Source: Podospora anserina (taxonomy: Eukaryota). Taken from it: a stretch of DNA of 64,000 nt. The position numbers were made by a program, and so were the translations under genes. Shown piece by piece: positions 23,763 to 35,811 of the stretch (position 1 is the stretch's first letter; every line of letters begins with the position of its first letter). Location of the stretch: NCBI GenBank assembly GCA_017654855.1, contig CM030333.1, positions 3,162,001-3,226,000 on the forward strand. Reading direction: 5' to 3'. The notes below the pieces were generated by a model. It saw nothing but the letters and a program-made list of their open reading frames with translations, did not search any database and was not told the DNA's origin.

Positions 23763-25420
23763 TTACGCATCAAGGATACCGTTTGCTTGTCGTAGATGCT
23801 CTATATTTCCAATAACCATTTGTAACTTCCGATCAGACGGCTCTAGAGTGGTCTGGAACCCAGATAACGCCCGCTGATACATCGCCTCCGCTGCCCCCAG
23901 TCGGCCCTGATCCGCGTAAAGGAGGTCCAACATATGTGTCGCGTTGGTGATATTACTTCTTTCGAAATCGCACTCGCGCCCCTGGAACTTCCCAGCCCAC
24001 CATGAGCACCTCTCCACATGCGGGAGAAGCCGCCGCTGGAGCTCCCAATAGTCCTTAGTCTTGCTGTCGGGCACGGAGAATCCAACCACCGTCATCACTT
24101 GCCGCAGAAACAATCTCTTCCCATTGTCATCCTGTATGTGAGACGTCCATCTGTGCACCACCGGGTGTATGCTGTGGTCGCCGCTGCCCTGTACGGACCC
24201 TCGGGCCTCGATCATCGAGTAGCGGAGCAGCAGTCTCTCTGCGTCCAAGAACCTGACCTCGTTGCACGCCATATCGCAGAGCCATCCGGGATACTGCTCC
24301 CCACCGCCTGCCGAAGCTTGCAGTAGACCGTGCCACAGGTCTATGTTGTCCACAAAAGCCCAGAGCCGCAGTAGATTCGAGGCGTGCTCGTTCCTCACCT
24401 CGATTGCCTTAAATAACATCATCCACGTCGTCCCAACACTTCCTTCTCGTAATCTACCAACGGTAAGCAAGACGTGCCGTTAAACCTAATCAAGTCGTCC
24501 CATTACTACTTGTAGAGCCGAACATACGACGCAACGTTGAGGCAGGTCTTGCGGAGATACGATGCAGCCTGCACCGGCGCAAGTGGCAGCCTATCGAGCA
24601 AACCGAGTAGCTCTGTCCCCGTCTCGTCCATAACTGCTACCTGTCAGCCTAAGCCCCAAAACGTACGTCGTTAAAGGACTACCTAGTTGTTGCCTATACT
24701 ACTGCCGGAACATAGTATTGCCTAATTTTTGGTCTACCTTATTCAGTCGTTTCGAGTCGCCGAACTCCGCTAGCCTCGATAATCGTATAGTAGTTAGCAC
24801 CGACCCGTAATTACCCGGAAGGTACTATCGAATATCGTATGTGCCTGTCGACCCGCCTTACTCGTGGTCTTGGTCGATGTTATCGAAGACCAGTAGCCAG
24901 TCGATATTATCCGGCCGCCCAAGCCACTCTAATATATTAATCACCACGACTTTCAGGTCGTCCTCGTTATGTGAGGCGCGGTTCTTACTCCTATCGGGAA
25001 TCTGGCCTTTTGTCACGGTAGTTACACCGTGACCGTCGTTAATCCACTAATGGAACTTGGTACGTGCAGAGCATAGACTAATGCAACTTAAAAGACTTTG
25101 AATCTCGCTGCCGCGAGACGTGTTTGTAGCTCTTTAAGCTACGTCTTAACAATAGAGCTTGCCCGTACCCGACGGAATAAAGCCTAGACTGTAGCTTAGC
25201 TTAATATTACTGTTATTAACCTGTTAACCTGTTTTACTAGTGACACCTTCCGGTATCCTGCTTGCACAGCCAGCAAGACTCTGTCTTAGCTGGTCTGCCA
25301 TCTGGCCAGAAGACCAAGCTGAACGCGGCTTGGTGGCGTCAAGCAAAGTCGGCAGCTAGCTGTGTCTTCCCGATACTACTAAGTTCGTAAAGAATAAATA
25401 TCTTACGCCGGTGATTCCGC
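23763..25420 (-). pseudogene. NB-ARC-TPR NLR relic, RIP-mutated and LTR-interrupted
   Basis: Degenerate Walker A (ELSSIGKTQLAADFA*, about 25340-25390), WLLVFDNIDQD Walker B near 24870-24900, IHPVVHRW, RLLPH, one TPR (LLYADQGRLGAAEAMYQRAL); many stops and TpA excess. Confidence 0.88.
25011..25245. mobile_element. Solo LTR (235 bp) with 5-bp target-site duplication
   Basis: Termini TGTCAC...GTGACA; flanks CCTTT (25006-25010) and CCTTC (25246-25250); excision restores the reading LAGCASRIPEGQIPDRS. Confidence 0.88.
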
Positions 25421-25666
25421 CGGGACACATACTGAAGTGATCTAAATAAGGAAACACATGATAATATCGCTGTCTTTTCCTTGAGTACTCCCAGGCTTAA
25501 GAGACTAACAACTCATTATCTCTATCCAGTCCCCATTCACACTATCACCTACCAGCCACAGATCTTCTTACCGTTATTTTCCATTTATAGCCCTTCGGGG
25601 TAACCTGGGAGGCCAAAGCTTAGCTTACGTAGCGGTACGATAAAAGGTTTCCTTTAGCTATGCCAC

Positions 25667-25878
25667 TGTTACGGAAGAGGTAGATAATCGAGGCAAGCTA
25701 CGATAAGTCTGACCAATTTAATGTAGAAGTAAGCTGAAGAGGGAAAAAAAGAAAGCAAACAAAGTCTGGCTGGAAGCAGGGCTTTAGATATGGTTAAGTT
25801 TGGACCTGTGAAAGCATCTACGTGACTCTCACGTGGCATGCCCTGCAGACCTACATGTCATGAGCCAGGGCCGTGATA
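25667..25878. mobile_element. Probable second solo LTR (212 bp), different family
   Basis: Termini TGTTACGG...CCGTGATA (CA to TA RIP change from CCGTGACA); flanks GCCAC/GCTAG match at only 3 of 5 positions. Confidence 0.6.
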
Positions 25879-26806
25879 GCTAGGAAAGGAAGGCAGATGG
25901 GTTGAGGCTTGCAATTAGCTTTCTGACTATGCTATGGCAGTCAGATTTCATTGCCGACCCTTAATTGCGGCTGAAAGAGCAGTACGTGCTTGAGAAGGGG
26001 CTGGTCGGTACCTTCACTTGCCATTGCGCTGTGGGAAGCATCACGCAAACGCCAAGCTGCCTTAATCAGCATCTAGAATAAGCTCCATCATTTCGTTCTC
26101 TTACACCTCAGCTTCTCAACCCCCTACCGCCGGTATCCCGAAAGTCGTCCAGATCTTACATGATTATAGCATATCGCCCCGATATCAAAGATCCCAAGAC
26201 CCGAGATTTGTGGCTAGGCCAGAGGGAGCAAACGACTATATACCTGAGGTGAGGGCCTGGGCTGTGCCGCAGTGATGAGCTAAGTCTAGCACAAACGCGC
26301 ACGGACATCCAGGCGTAATCCAGTCGTTCAGCTGAATCCTCAGCAAATCGCATTCCTTATGATGGCACACAGATGATCATGATTTCGGCTTCAGAGATCG
26401 AAGTGGTAAATGTCCAGATATGCAAAAAGTCATGCTTCATGATCCTTTCTCCTGAGAGCCTGAAAATACGAGCTCGATGTACCGAAGTACCAATGTTTTT
26501 TACTGCCCGTTTTATTTTCGATTTTCTTTTTTCTGTCGGCGCTTACATGCTTCAGGTTCCTTGGGAGACTGAGGAGTGTGAATGTAGAAGATAGGGAGAG
26601 AAATCTTCCTCAGTTTTTGGCAGTATGTCTTCCGAAATCTGCATCGGATTTCCCTGGAAATGACAGTCTGGCTGTGGAATAACCTCGGATTGTATGAAGG
26701 GCAAACCGCCGACACGACACCCCGGTCTTTGTCGCTGCCATCTGAATCCAAGGACCATGAATCGGCTAAAACTAGGTACCTAAGGTATCTCCTTCATAGT
26801 AAACAC

Positions 26807-28493
26807 TTAAACCCCACTAAACTTCATCCCCGTCAACGACAACTCCCCCCCATCAGCCAACCACTCCGGCCCCCCACTCCACTCAAACTCCTTCCCAACC
26901 TTCCACGTCCCATGAAACAACATGCCATTTACCCCCAACCCATAAACCGACACCTTCCCCCTTACCAACGACACCACAGCCGGTGTACTATTAAACGCGC
27001 CCCCCAAATCCTGCCACTCTTCCGCCCACTTCTGCCCAATCAATGCCTTATGCTTTAGCCTATCATCCCTCCCCACAGCCAACACATCCAACCTATCCGG
27101 CCCACTAACATACACCACCGGAGTGGACTGGAAACTCCCTCCCAAATCCACCAGGTTGTTCGTTTCCGCATCCCCAGTCTTGGTCCAGTTGTAGTATTCC
27201 ATAGTTCTGTTTACCGTTATCCCAAACACAAAACTCTCTTCGACTGTTCTCGAAGCGATGGCCAGCTGCCCCCTGAAGTCCCCCCCTGCCTCGACCCATC
27301 CTGTCCAAGCACCGAGCCAAGTGGTGGTAAATAACGGCTGGGCTGTGCCTCGAAACCCAAGTACCGCCATTCTCCACGGTCCCGGTCCACACCCAATAAC
27401 CGGGTACGATGACAGCCCACCCCCATGACTCTCCCATCCTGACCACCCAGCATACGGCTTGTAGTAGATCCTATACAAGCCCCCATCCGTCCCTCTGATC
27501 GCCACGTCCATTTGTGAATCACCACACGCTACTGCATAGGGCGGACTGGTAATCGCCTTCCCAAGCTCAGTCCAAGTGTCGTTCCATTTCCCGTTGTAAA
27601 ACCTTTTCGTTTGGATAGTGTTATTCTTTGCATAAACAAACACATCCACCAGGTTGTTATCCAACGAAGCGGCGGAAGGCTGGGAAATCATGTCACCGCC
27701 CAGTGATTCCCAGTCAGAGAGCCACTTCTCGCCGTTGGTGGTGCGGTACCATACCGCGTTGTCTTGCCCGAGGCCGAAGAGGAAGGCGGTGGGAGGCGAA
27801 GCGTACTGCGCAACGGAGAGGACAGAGGGGCAGATATTGCCTTGACAGACGGAATTGGATTCGAAGGTTGGCGAGGAGTCTGATGGGCGAGGGTCAGTGC
27901 TGGTCCGTGAAGCTGGGGAGAAAGAAAGGGGGCTACCGGTTGGGGAAGTAGACGTTGCGTTTCCGCCTGAATTGCCACGGCCGCCTGAAGGGTCGGGAAA
28001 GGCAGTTGGTTTTCCCTGGCTGACGGTTCCTCCGGGTTCATTACCTGAGTCACCCCCAGAAGAGCCATTCGAGCTACTCGGATGGGTGAGCATCTGGTAG
28101 CAAGACAAACAAGGTTGGGAACAAGTACCTAGAAGAGTTTTGCGTTGCCAAGCGACTTCCAAACACACCCCCAAGGATGGCAATGATGATAAGAAGCGCC
28201 ACGACTATCCCAGCCAGGAACCACTTTGTCGCCGATGATCTCTCCTTGACAGTTCGGTCAACAATAGTAGTCCCGCCTCCGTCACTGAACGGCCATGGCT
28301 GTGTAGAGATCTCGGATCGTGGAACTGGTGGACTCCAAGGACGACTTGTAGGAGGTGTCGGAGGGTCAAAGTCCGGCGGTTGTCCAATTGATCGGTCAGT
28401 ATTAGCCCCGATTGCGGCCGTTGTAGAGTTGTAGGAGGGCGGCCATTGACTTCCCGCGGTAGCAGTGCGATATGATGTTGTTGACATGGCCAC
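26807..28493 (-). CDS. Type II membrane protein with fucose-lectin/PLL-like beta-propeller
   Basis: Cytosolic N-terminus, TM WFLAGIVVALLIIIAILGGVFG, Ser/Gly stalk, about 7 blades of DVxxxGxDxxxxH...WxxLGG; intron 28074-28128. Confidence 0.82.
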
Positions 28494-28751
28494 AGGTGAT
28501 GGTGCTGGAAAGAAAGCTCGACATGCACGAGGTTCTGGTGACGCTTGTTATCCATAGAATATCAAGACATCATGATGCGATGTGCGCTTGGCCGCAATGC
28601 TGCAGGCTGGTGATAGTACGACGCCACTTGCTGTTCTCCGAACGGCTGAGTTGATGACCACCCTCCCAACCCCCACGAGGTCTGGCTGCTGCATACTGGC
28701 TTTCAGTCCCCATCGAGATAAGCGCGGAATTTCTCATCATCTCCTATCTGT

Positions 28752-29915
28752 TCATGCTCCATCCTTCTGGCGGCGCAACAAAAACTGAGGTATCAGGGTC
28801 TTTGAACCCGGAAGAGGAGGCAACACCAACGAAGAGTTGTTCTTTGACCGTCCGCTTTCTTCGTCGACGACAGCGATAAGTTCAGATGGGCCTTGACGTG
28901 GAGGTTGTAAGTCGTCCTCACCCAACCACTCTCTGGCCTCCCTCCTCAGCTGGTTCTCTCTCATTCTCGATGGAATGTGCACAAAAGACACATTTGTATT
29001 CTGTCTGGTCAAACTGACACCGAATTTGCTCAGCAAGGCCTGGATCGGGCCTTTCAGCGAAGGGCAGCATGCAGCAAAAAGCGAGATGAGCTGCTCGAGA
29101 ATGGTCCAGGTAGCAATCGACATGGCCATCTCCCACTGATCATCCACGTTCCTCCAATCAGCAACGACCACGGCCTTCATGATCGACGCGACGCTGGCCA
29201 ATAAGCCCATCCCTGTCAGGATGCATATCACGACCCTCTCCCTCAGCGGACGGCGTAGGTTCCAAAGGATGAACATCGGAGCAACAGAAAGCAACAGGTC
29301 GGTGGTAATGTTGATTGCGGAGCCGATGCTGGAGACTACAATGTCTGTATGGAGGCTGGGACATTTTCGCTCGCGCAGAGGGACCATGATATCCCAGGCA
29401 GCATGGAATGGTCGACATTTGAAGAAGAGATACTGCATGTCGGCCACGCAGTAGGTGACTTGAACGGCAGCGATCACGTATAGGCCTATCCTCCATGACT
29501 TTTTCAGGGGTAATCGCAACAAAGTCAAGACAATGGACGTCTTTATCAAAGTCATGCTGATAGCCCATATCGGAATGGCAAAATATGCCAAAAAGACAGC
29601 TTCTCGAACTTCGTCCATGCTGATGTCTCCGGGGTGTATATGCATCTCTGGGACGAGGAGGCCCCAGTCGATAATGGAGCAGGCCTGGGATTAACGAGTC
29701 AGACAGGATAGAAAAGGCAAGCTCGAGTTCGGCAGAATTAAACCTACCAGCCCAGCGATAATGAAGGCATCATCCCATCCCAGTCTCCAGACCGGCCATA
29801 TTCGCACATATATTCTTGCACAAAAGGGAACCAAAGCAAGTGCCAGGAGTGGGACGGTGACTCCGAAGTGGAGGCGAGCCAAAAACGCTGCCCTCTCGGT
29901 GATGGTGGGTGCCAT
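28752..29915 (-). CDS. PTH11-like integral membrane receptor (no CFEM)
   Basis: RIYVR...GWDDAFI, KTSIVLTLLR, KCRPFHAAWD, NITTDLLLSVAP, ACCPSLK; intron about 29685-29747. Confidence 0.88.
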
Positions 29916-31206
29916 CGAGGTCGTTGAGGCGCTGGATTCGATTGCGGTGGTTGCGTTTACACCATGGTAGGATGAAATGGGAACAAATGCGAAAATAGAC
30001 CCAGGAGCAATTGGAGATGGAAGATGTGATAGATGATCAAAAAACCGTGCTTTCTGGGCGATGAAATTACGCCAACCAAGTTGAGGTCCAGAAGCCGGGG
30101 CTGTTCCCAATTTGAACAACCGGTGAACTGGTCCTGACATTTCTTTTTCTGGCTCCCCGGTCCATGCTTGACGATCGGCACAATCATGACGGGGACAATT
30201 CGAGCTTGGCAAATGCTTGACAGGTAAAAGCCTCCGCTGGCACGGCGCTGATTTGCTGAATGTCGCGGTGCTGGACCCGGGGATCAGGGACTGGGCACGG
30301 CAAAGCCAGGGGCCAACATGGGGAAGCGAAATTGGTGGCTCGATATGCTCTTCGATCACTAAGAAACCGAGGATTTGCCGACTCCAAGCAAATTGGGAAT
30401 CAAGAAAATCCCAAGCCAAAAAAGCTCAGGAGGTGCCAAATGTACTCATAGTACTCCACAAGACCTGTCTGTATCTTGCTCCTCCCTTTTGGTCATAATT
30501 GGCAAGTTTCCGCCACCGGGTCTTCAAGGGCCTCGACTTCCATAAACCATAAGGTATAAACGGATCTTCCATAGATCGCCGCCGGCTGCTATGTCCCAAT
30601 TTCTCACTCCTTCAGGACGAATCTAACCAGAAATGCTTCAGTTACATCCATCATATCAAAATCTCGTTGTTTTGCCGCGGTATCACCCGACCTTTCGGCG
30701 CCGACTTCGGAAGATCACTTTTGACCCTAACCCTAGCGCATGTCCATGATATTTAGTTCTTGTACCGATGAAATTCCTACACTGAGCTGATTCTTGAACA
30801 TATCGATACCACGCTGGATCTAGACAAGTATACCTATCCGAGATCCCGATCATTTTGCATGTCAAATCATGCATCAGATTGCCCTGATGCTACCTTCAAG
30901 AACCAAAACAGCCGCCTGTGATTGGTCAGTGAGCCTTGATCCACACCTGCAGGAGGTGCGCCGTTTAAAACTTTTACCTTGATGTCGACATACACAAACT
31001 GACGAATGATGACGACCCCTGACGAGATCAGACTCCATACTCTGTAAACACTCATCCGATTGTCTCAGTATCACCGTTGAAGCAAAGTCTGCAGTCAGAA
31101 ACCACTGAACTCGGAGGCGCAAACCTTCAAGAAATCTCACCCTCAACCCCGCCATCAACCCCTCCCCCGCACTCCCTCACATCACCACACACACACACAC
31201 ACCAAA

Positions 31207-31960
31207 ATGTCAGACCCCTGCAAAATCCTCGTCTTCGCCTCAGGCAACGGCTCCAACTTCCAAGCCCTCATCGACGCCGTCTCCTCGGGCGCCATCCCCA
31301 ACTCCAAGATCATCCGCCTCATCGTAAACAAGAGCAAAGCCTACGCCACCACCCGCGCTGACAACGCCGGCATCCCCTGGGAGTACTTCAACCTCATCTC
31401 CCACGGCTTCCGCCAAAAGGGCGAGACCGACCCGGCCAAGCTCCAGGAGTCAAGAGACAAGTACGATGCCGCCCTCGCGGAGAAGGTGCTCAAGGGGGAT
31501 TACAAGCCCGACCTGGTGATTTTGGCCGGGTGGATGTATGTCTTTGGAAAGGCTTTCTTGGATCCGCTTGAGGCGGAGGGGATCAAGATTATTAACTTGC
31601 ATCCTGCGCTGCCAGGTAAGGGTTATTGTTTGTTTCCATGTGACAAAGAGTTTGGCTAAGACAGGTTTTTTTCTTGTAACAACAAAAGGCAAGTATGATG
31701 GCACCAATGCTATTGGGCGGGCGTTTGAGGACTTTAAGGCCGGCAAATTGGAGGACAACAAGACGGGTATCATGGTGCATTATGTCATTGCCCAAGTTGA
31801 CAGGGGGGCTCCTATTCTGGTGAAGGAGATTGAGTGCCGCGAGGGCGAGGAGTTGGAGCAGCTGGAGCAGAGGATACATTCTCACGAGCATGAGCTGATC
31901 GTTGAGGCGGCTGCCAAGGTGGCAGGTGAGATCCTGGACAAGAAGAACAAGACACAATAA
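31207..31960 (+). CDS. ADE8: Phosphoribosylglycinamide (GAR) formyltransferase
   Basis: VFASGNGSNFQAL, LAGWM, INLHPALPG, TGIMVHYV, VDRG, EH motifs; intron 31616-31688. Confidence 0.95.
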
Positions 31961-32699
31961 AAGACGACAGGCTCGAGCCGTTGATTCTGCCCAGGCATCC
32001 CATGCTTTTACCACGCCTCATCATGTCCAGGATCAAGACATAATTCCACGTGATGGAAGTATTAATGCTGGTGTTGAGCAAAGAGACGTTTTCCAATGGT
32101 GTCTCTTGGAGGTGGTGAGGTTGTTGGGTGTTTGGGGTTTGGGGGTGCAGGTTGTTTCGAGCAAATTTCGAGGGGCGATACTTGGGAAGAGAATGCGCCC
32201 CGGCTGAGGATTGGGGTTGTTTGCTTGCAACATTGCCCTTCACCAGAGTTGACTCAAGTGTTAAACTGTTTATTTGGCAGAAAGCTCTTTGAGGAAACTT
32301 TGCCATCACAAACTAGTAGCCTTTTGTGTGCCAAGAAACGCATGAAAGCGAGGTGATTCAAGCAGGGAATCGTCCGGAGCCAACCTCACCTCACCGTCAC
32401 GTCGAGCATGGGTTTTGGAAATCTCGGCCCTGGATTCAGATCAACGGGCTTGAGCTAGGTGATAAATTTACGGCCAGATTTGGGCAAATAGGTTCTCTTG
32501 CATTACTGTCCATCTCTTCTCTTTCCCTTGAGCAAAACCATTTCGAGTGCAAACTTGGCTTCCACCTCAACATAAGGTACCTGTCAGATTAACCCACTCA
32601 AGAGAACAAATCCGCTACCTATTTCCCTCTAAAGCATAACATACATCTGGTATCTGGAAAAGCCCGAAAGCCATCTTACGATTCATAATCATCCCGATC

Positions 32700-34222
32700 C
32701 TACTCCTCCAACTCATCCGTCTCATCATACCCATCGTCTTCCGAGAAATCATCCTCATCGTCTTCCGAGTCACCATCCATATCCACGTCCGAACCGCTGT
32801 ATCGATGTTCCCAAGGGCAGACCATGCTGTTGTTGACAGATTTGATCATCGCCGCGAGACTCACTCGGTCTGTTGTTCCTCTCCAGTTCTTGCGGGCCCA
32901 TAGGGGTTTCTTGGCACCATCCTGATCAGCCTCGAATGTGATGAGATCTTGCCAGTGCGCAATTTTCGGTTTCCCATGATAGATGTCACTCAGCTCCAGC
33001 ACCCTTAGCTTAATCCCTCGAACTTTCTTCAAGCTATTGAAAAAGGCGACCCACGGATTCGTCTCGGTTTGTGAGTCACGCTCTGAGTGGCAAAGGGACA
33101 CACGCCGCAGGCAGAGGTGTTTGAGTGTTGGGCTGAACTTGGTGATAAGGGTGAGGAGGGGTTGAGGGGCCACGCTTATCCATCCGATGTCAAGTCTTTC
33201 TAGATTCGGGAAGGAGACCGGCTTTCTATCGATATCATTGAGAGGAGTGTCTGATTCTGGCTGCTCAAGCCATTTGAACAACACGGGCCCCAGCTCCGTC
33301 CGATCATGCGGTGATGATTGATGATTGAAGTTGAGTCGGAGCCATGTGACGTTTCTTGCCATGGTCAAAAAGTCGTGGATCATGAAAAAATGGTCCTTGA
33401 TGCAGAAACATAGATGAAGAGTCTTGAGGTTGGCGAGGATGGGCGCCAGCTTTGGTTCCAAGGGCGGAGGTATGGCAAAGGCGCTGTCATGGAGGCCCCA
33501 ATTTTTGTCCCTTAGGTTGACCTCGATAGTATTAGGCTGAGCACCAGAAGCTCCCAGTGCAGAGATAATGGCGGTGAAAACCCTTGTGGGGTATGTGTCT
33601 GACATCAGCTGCCCGTTGTCTACGCCGGTCTCCAGCCTCAGGCCTATTGACTTTTCCAAGGTTGCTGCACCGTAACTCCGCCAAGATCCGTTGTCTCGAT
33701 TCCGAGTCTCGGAATTGAAGTCCCTTAAGTCAACGGTTCCGAGATGTGGGAGCGCCGCAAAAGCTTCAGCAAGCATATCTCGCAGTAGGCCCGTAGCGAA
33801 CAAATTATTTTGCTCCGCCTCTGCGCGTAGCCAAATGCGATGCTTCTCAGCTGGGAGTTTGTTTGCTTCCCAGCTGTTTCCAACCCGATCCGTGCAAATG
33901 ATGACACTATCCCGAAATTGTGAGTAAAGTATTCGCGTCTATGTGTTGTCTAGTAGGCATGTGCTTACTGCTTGAGAAAGGGAGCAAGTGTGCTGTGCTT
34001 GGAGATAGATACGAGGGTCTGCAAGCTTTGGACAGAGACCATGAACTGTCTCTTGCGGAAAAACTCATGTGCAAAGAAATTGAAGAGGTTCCTCTCAAGA
34101 CACTTGCAACTCAATCGGACGTTGGCGAGGTCACTGGTCCTGATCCAGCGAGTGATGCGCAAGAGCAACTCGACAGGGACCTGCGCAAGATAAGAGTCCT
34201 CTTGAGGATTAATGGCGCCCAT
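32700..34222 (-). CDS. F-box protein with LRR-like C-terminus and acidic tail
   Basis: LAQVPVELLLRITRWI...DLANVRLSCK F-box; intron 33907-33968. Confidence 0.8.
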
Positions 34223-34842
34223 TATCGAAGGTATACCTATGGAAGTGTGTGGTCGGTCTTCGGTTCATTGGGAAACAGGTTGATTAATATAAGTGTCGGT
34301 TGTCGTTGCCAACCACGTGCCGGGCGAGCAAGGGCAATGCGCGGCTAAGTGGGGCGGTTTAGGCAGTAGACGCCCCCTTGCGGGGCTGCTTGTCTAGCAT
34401 CCCGTCCTCTGTGTAAACATCACATCTTCACGCAGACCATTGAAATGTATACATAGAGTTGTGAATAACTGTTTGGATCTTGGAGCATATTAGACTCAAA
34501 AGTGGGGTAATGAACTGGATACCAAGCTTCTCGATGTTCAGTTGACAAACCACTCAGATCTGAAATCATGAGTTGAGGTCCAATTGTCTTATACAGTTGT
34601 CAATGGTAATCTATAGTCTTCAGGTTACTATCATGAAACCTGACGTCAAGATTGTATTTATATCAGGTTCCATATTGTAGGGGTCCCTTGTTTCTCCCTT
34701 CCAATGCCAAGTTCCTTGATCCACCGGCCCACCACTGCTGCCTATCATCACATCACTCCACAGTCCTCGAATACCACTGATAATACATCTCTTCACTTCC
34801 AATCCTCGAACCTTTTATCTGCCATATATTAAATCTCACATC

Positions 34843-35739
34843 ATGTCTTCACCACCCGAGCCCTGCACCGGCCCCCAATGTCCAGGCGGCTGCACCAACC
34901 AAGACTGCCCCTCAACATGGTACCCCTACACGACCCAAGAATACACCGCCATGTTCCTCTCCTACTACAAATTCCTCACAACCCTCTACTACTCCCCGTC
35001 AGACCTCAAGATTCCACCCCCTCAAGGCTGGCCTAATCTCACCCGTGAAGCCGGCATGCCGAGATATTACAAGACTGATTTCGCCGTCGAAGTCATGAGA
35101 CACCTCCCCTACCTCGGGGGCAATCATCACTACGAGTACAAGTCCATCATGATAGACTACAGCACCCTAAACCCCAGAACATCCATGTGGTTCCAACCAA
35201 ACGGCCTGGGAAATTATCCCAAGGATGACTGGTGGGAACATGCGTGGCCTTACGATCTTCCTGCGGGCCAAAAACCGCCGCGAGGAGACTCCCTCATCCC
35301 TTTGACCGTCGGATGGGAAAGTGGCGGCATCGTCTTGATCCTGGACGTTCAAAGAGGGAAAATCATCGAAGAGGAGTTGAGATGCGACAATAAGATGTAT
35401 GATGCACAAGAGTACTTTGACATGATGGCATGTAAGTTCAGGAACCTCGAGCGGGTCCCCTGCGACGGGAGGATATTGGGGGAGTTTGGTGAAATGAAAG
35501 AGAGACAAGAGCCAGTAACAGAGGAAGAGTTTTTGGGACAGGATCCTAACGAGGGGTGGGGGACAGACCTTGATAAGGCTTATATCAAGCAGCTCTATCG
35601 CGAGCATGGGTGGCCAGACAATTTCCTCAGGGAAGAGTGCTTCTGGGTCGTGAATGATTTGATGGAGATGGTCATGGAGACAAGAGACGACGAATGGGAG
35701 GCATGGGATGAAAATGACTTCGTGCGTGCGCGACGATAA
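34843..35739 (+). CDS. Hypothetical protein (298 aa)
   Basis: Single-exon ORF with coding-like codon use; YYKFL...PPPQGWP...RHLPY and LYREHGWPD motifs typical of a fungal uncharacterised family. Confidence 0.75.
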   Translation: MSSPPEPCTGPQCPGGCTNQDCPSTWYPYTTQEYTAMFLSYYKFLTTLYYSPSDLKIPPPQGWPNLTREAGMPRYYKTDFAVEVMRHLPYLGGNHHYEYKSIMIDYSTLNPRTSMWFQPNGLGNYPKDDWWEHAWPYDLPAGQKPPRGDSLIPLTVGWESGGIVLILDVQRGKIIEEELRCDNKMYDAQEYFDMMACKFRNLERVPCDGRILGEFGEMKERQEPVTEEEFLGQDPNEGWGTDLDKAYIKQLYREHGWPDNFLREECFWVVNDLMEMVMETRDDEWEAWDENDFVRARR

Positions 35740-35811
35740 TAAATGTACCAAGATCAAGATTCATCCATGGACCACACATAAACTGTTCTGCTGAGGTTAA
35801 GGTTGCCATGC

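Noticed and set aside
17300..26100. Starship or Spok-block element
   Set aside because: No DUF3435 tyrosine recombinase, Spok-like ORF or defined element boundaries are visible, and both 5S genes are uninterrupted.
30724..30735. ACCCTAACCCTA telomere-like motif
   Set aside because: Only two units in a promoter region; not a telomere and not enough for a telomerase RNA call.
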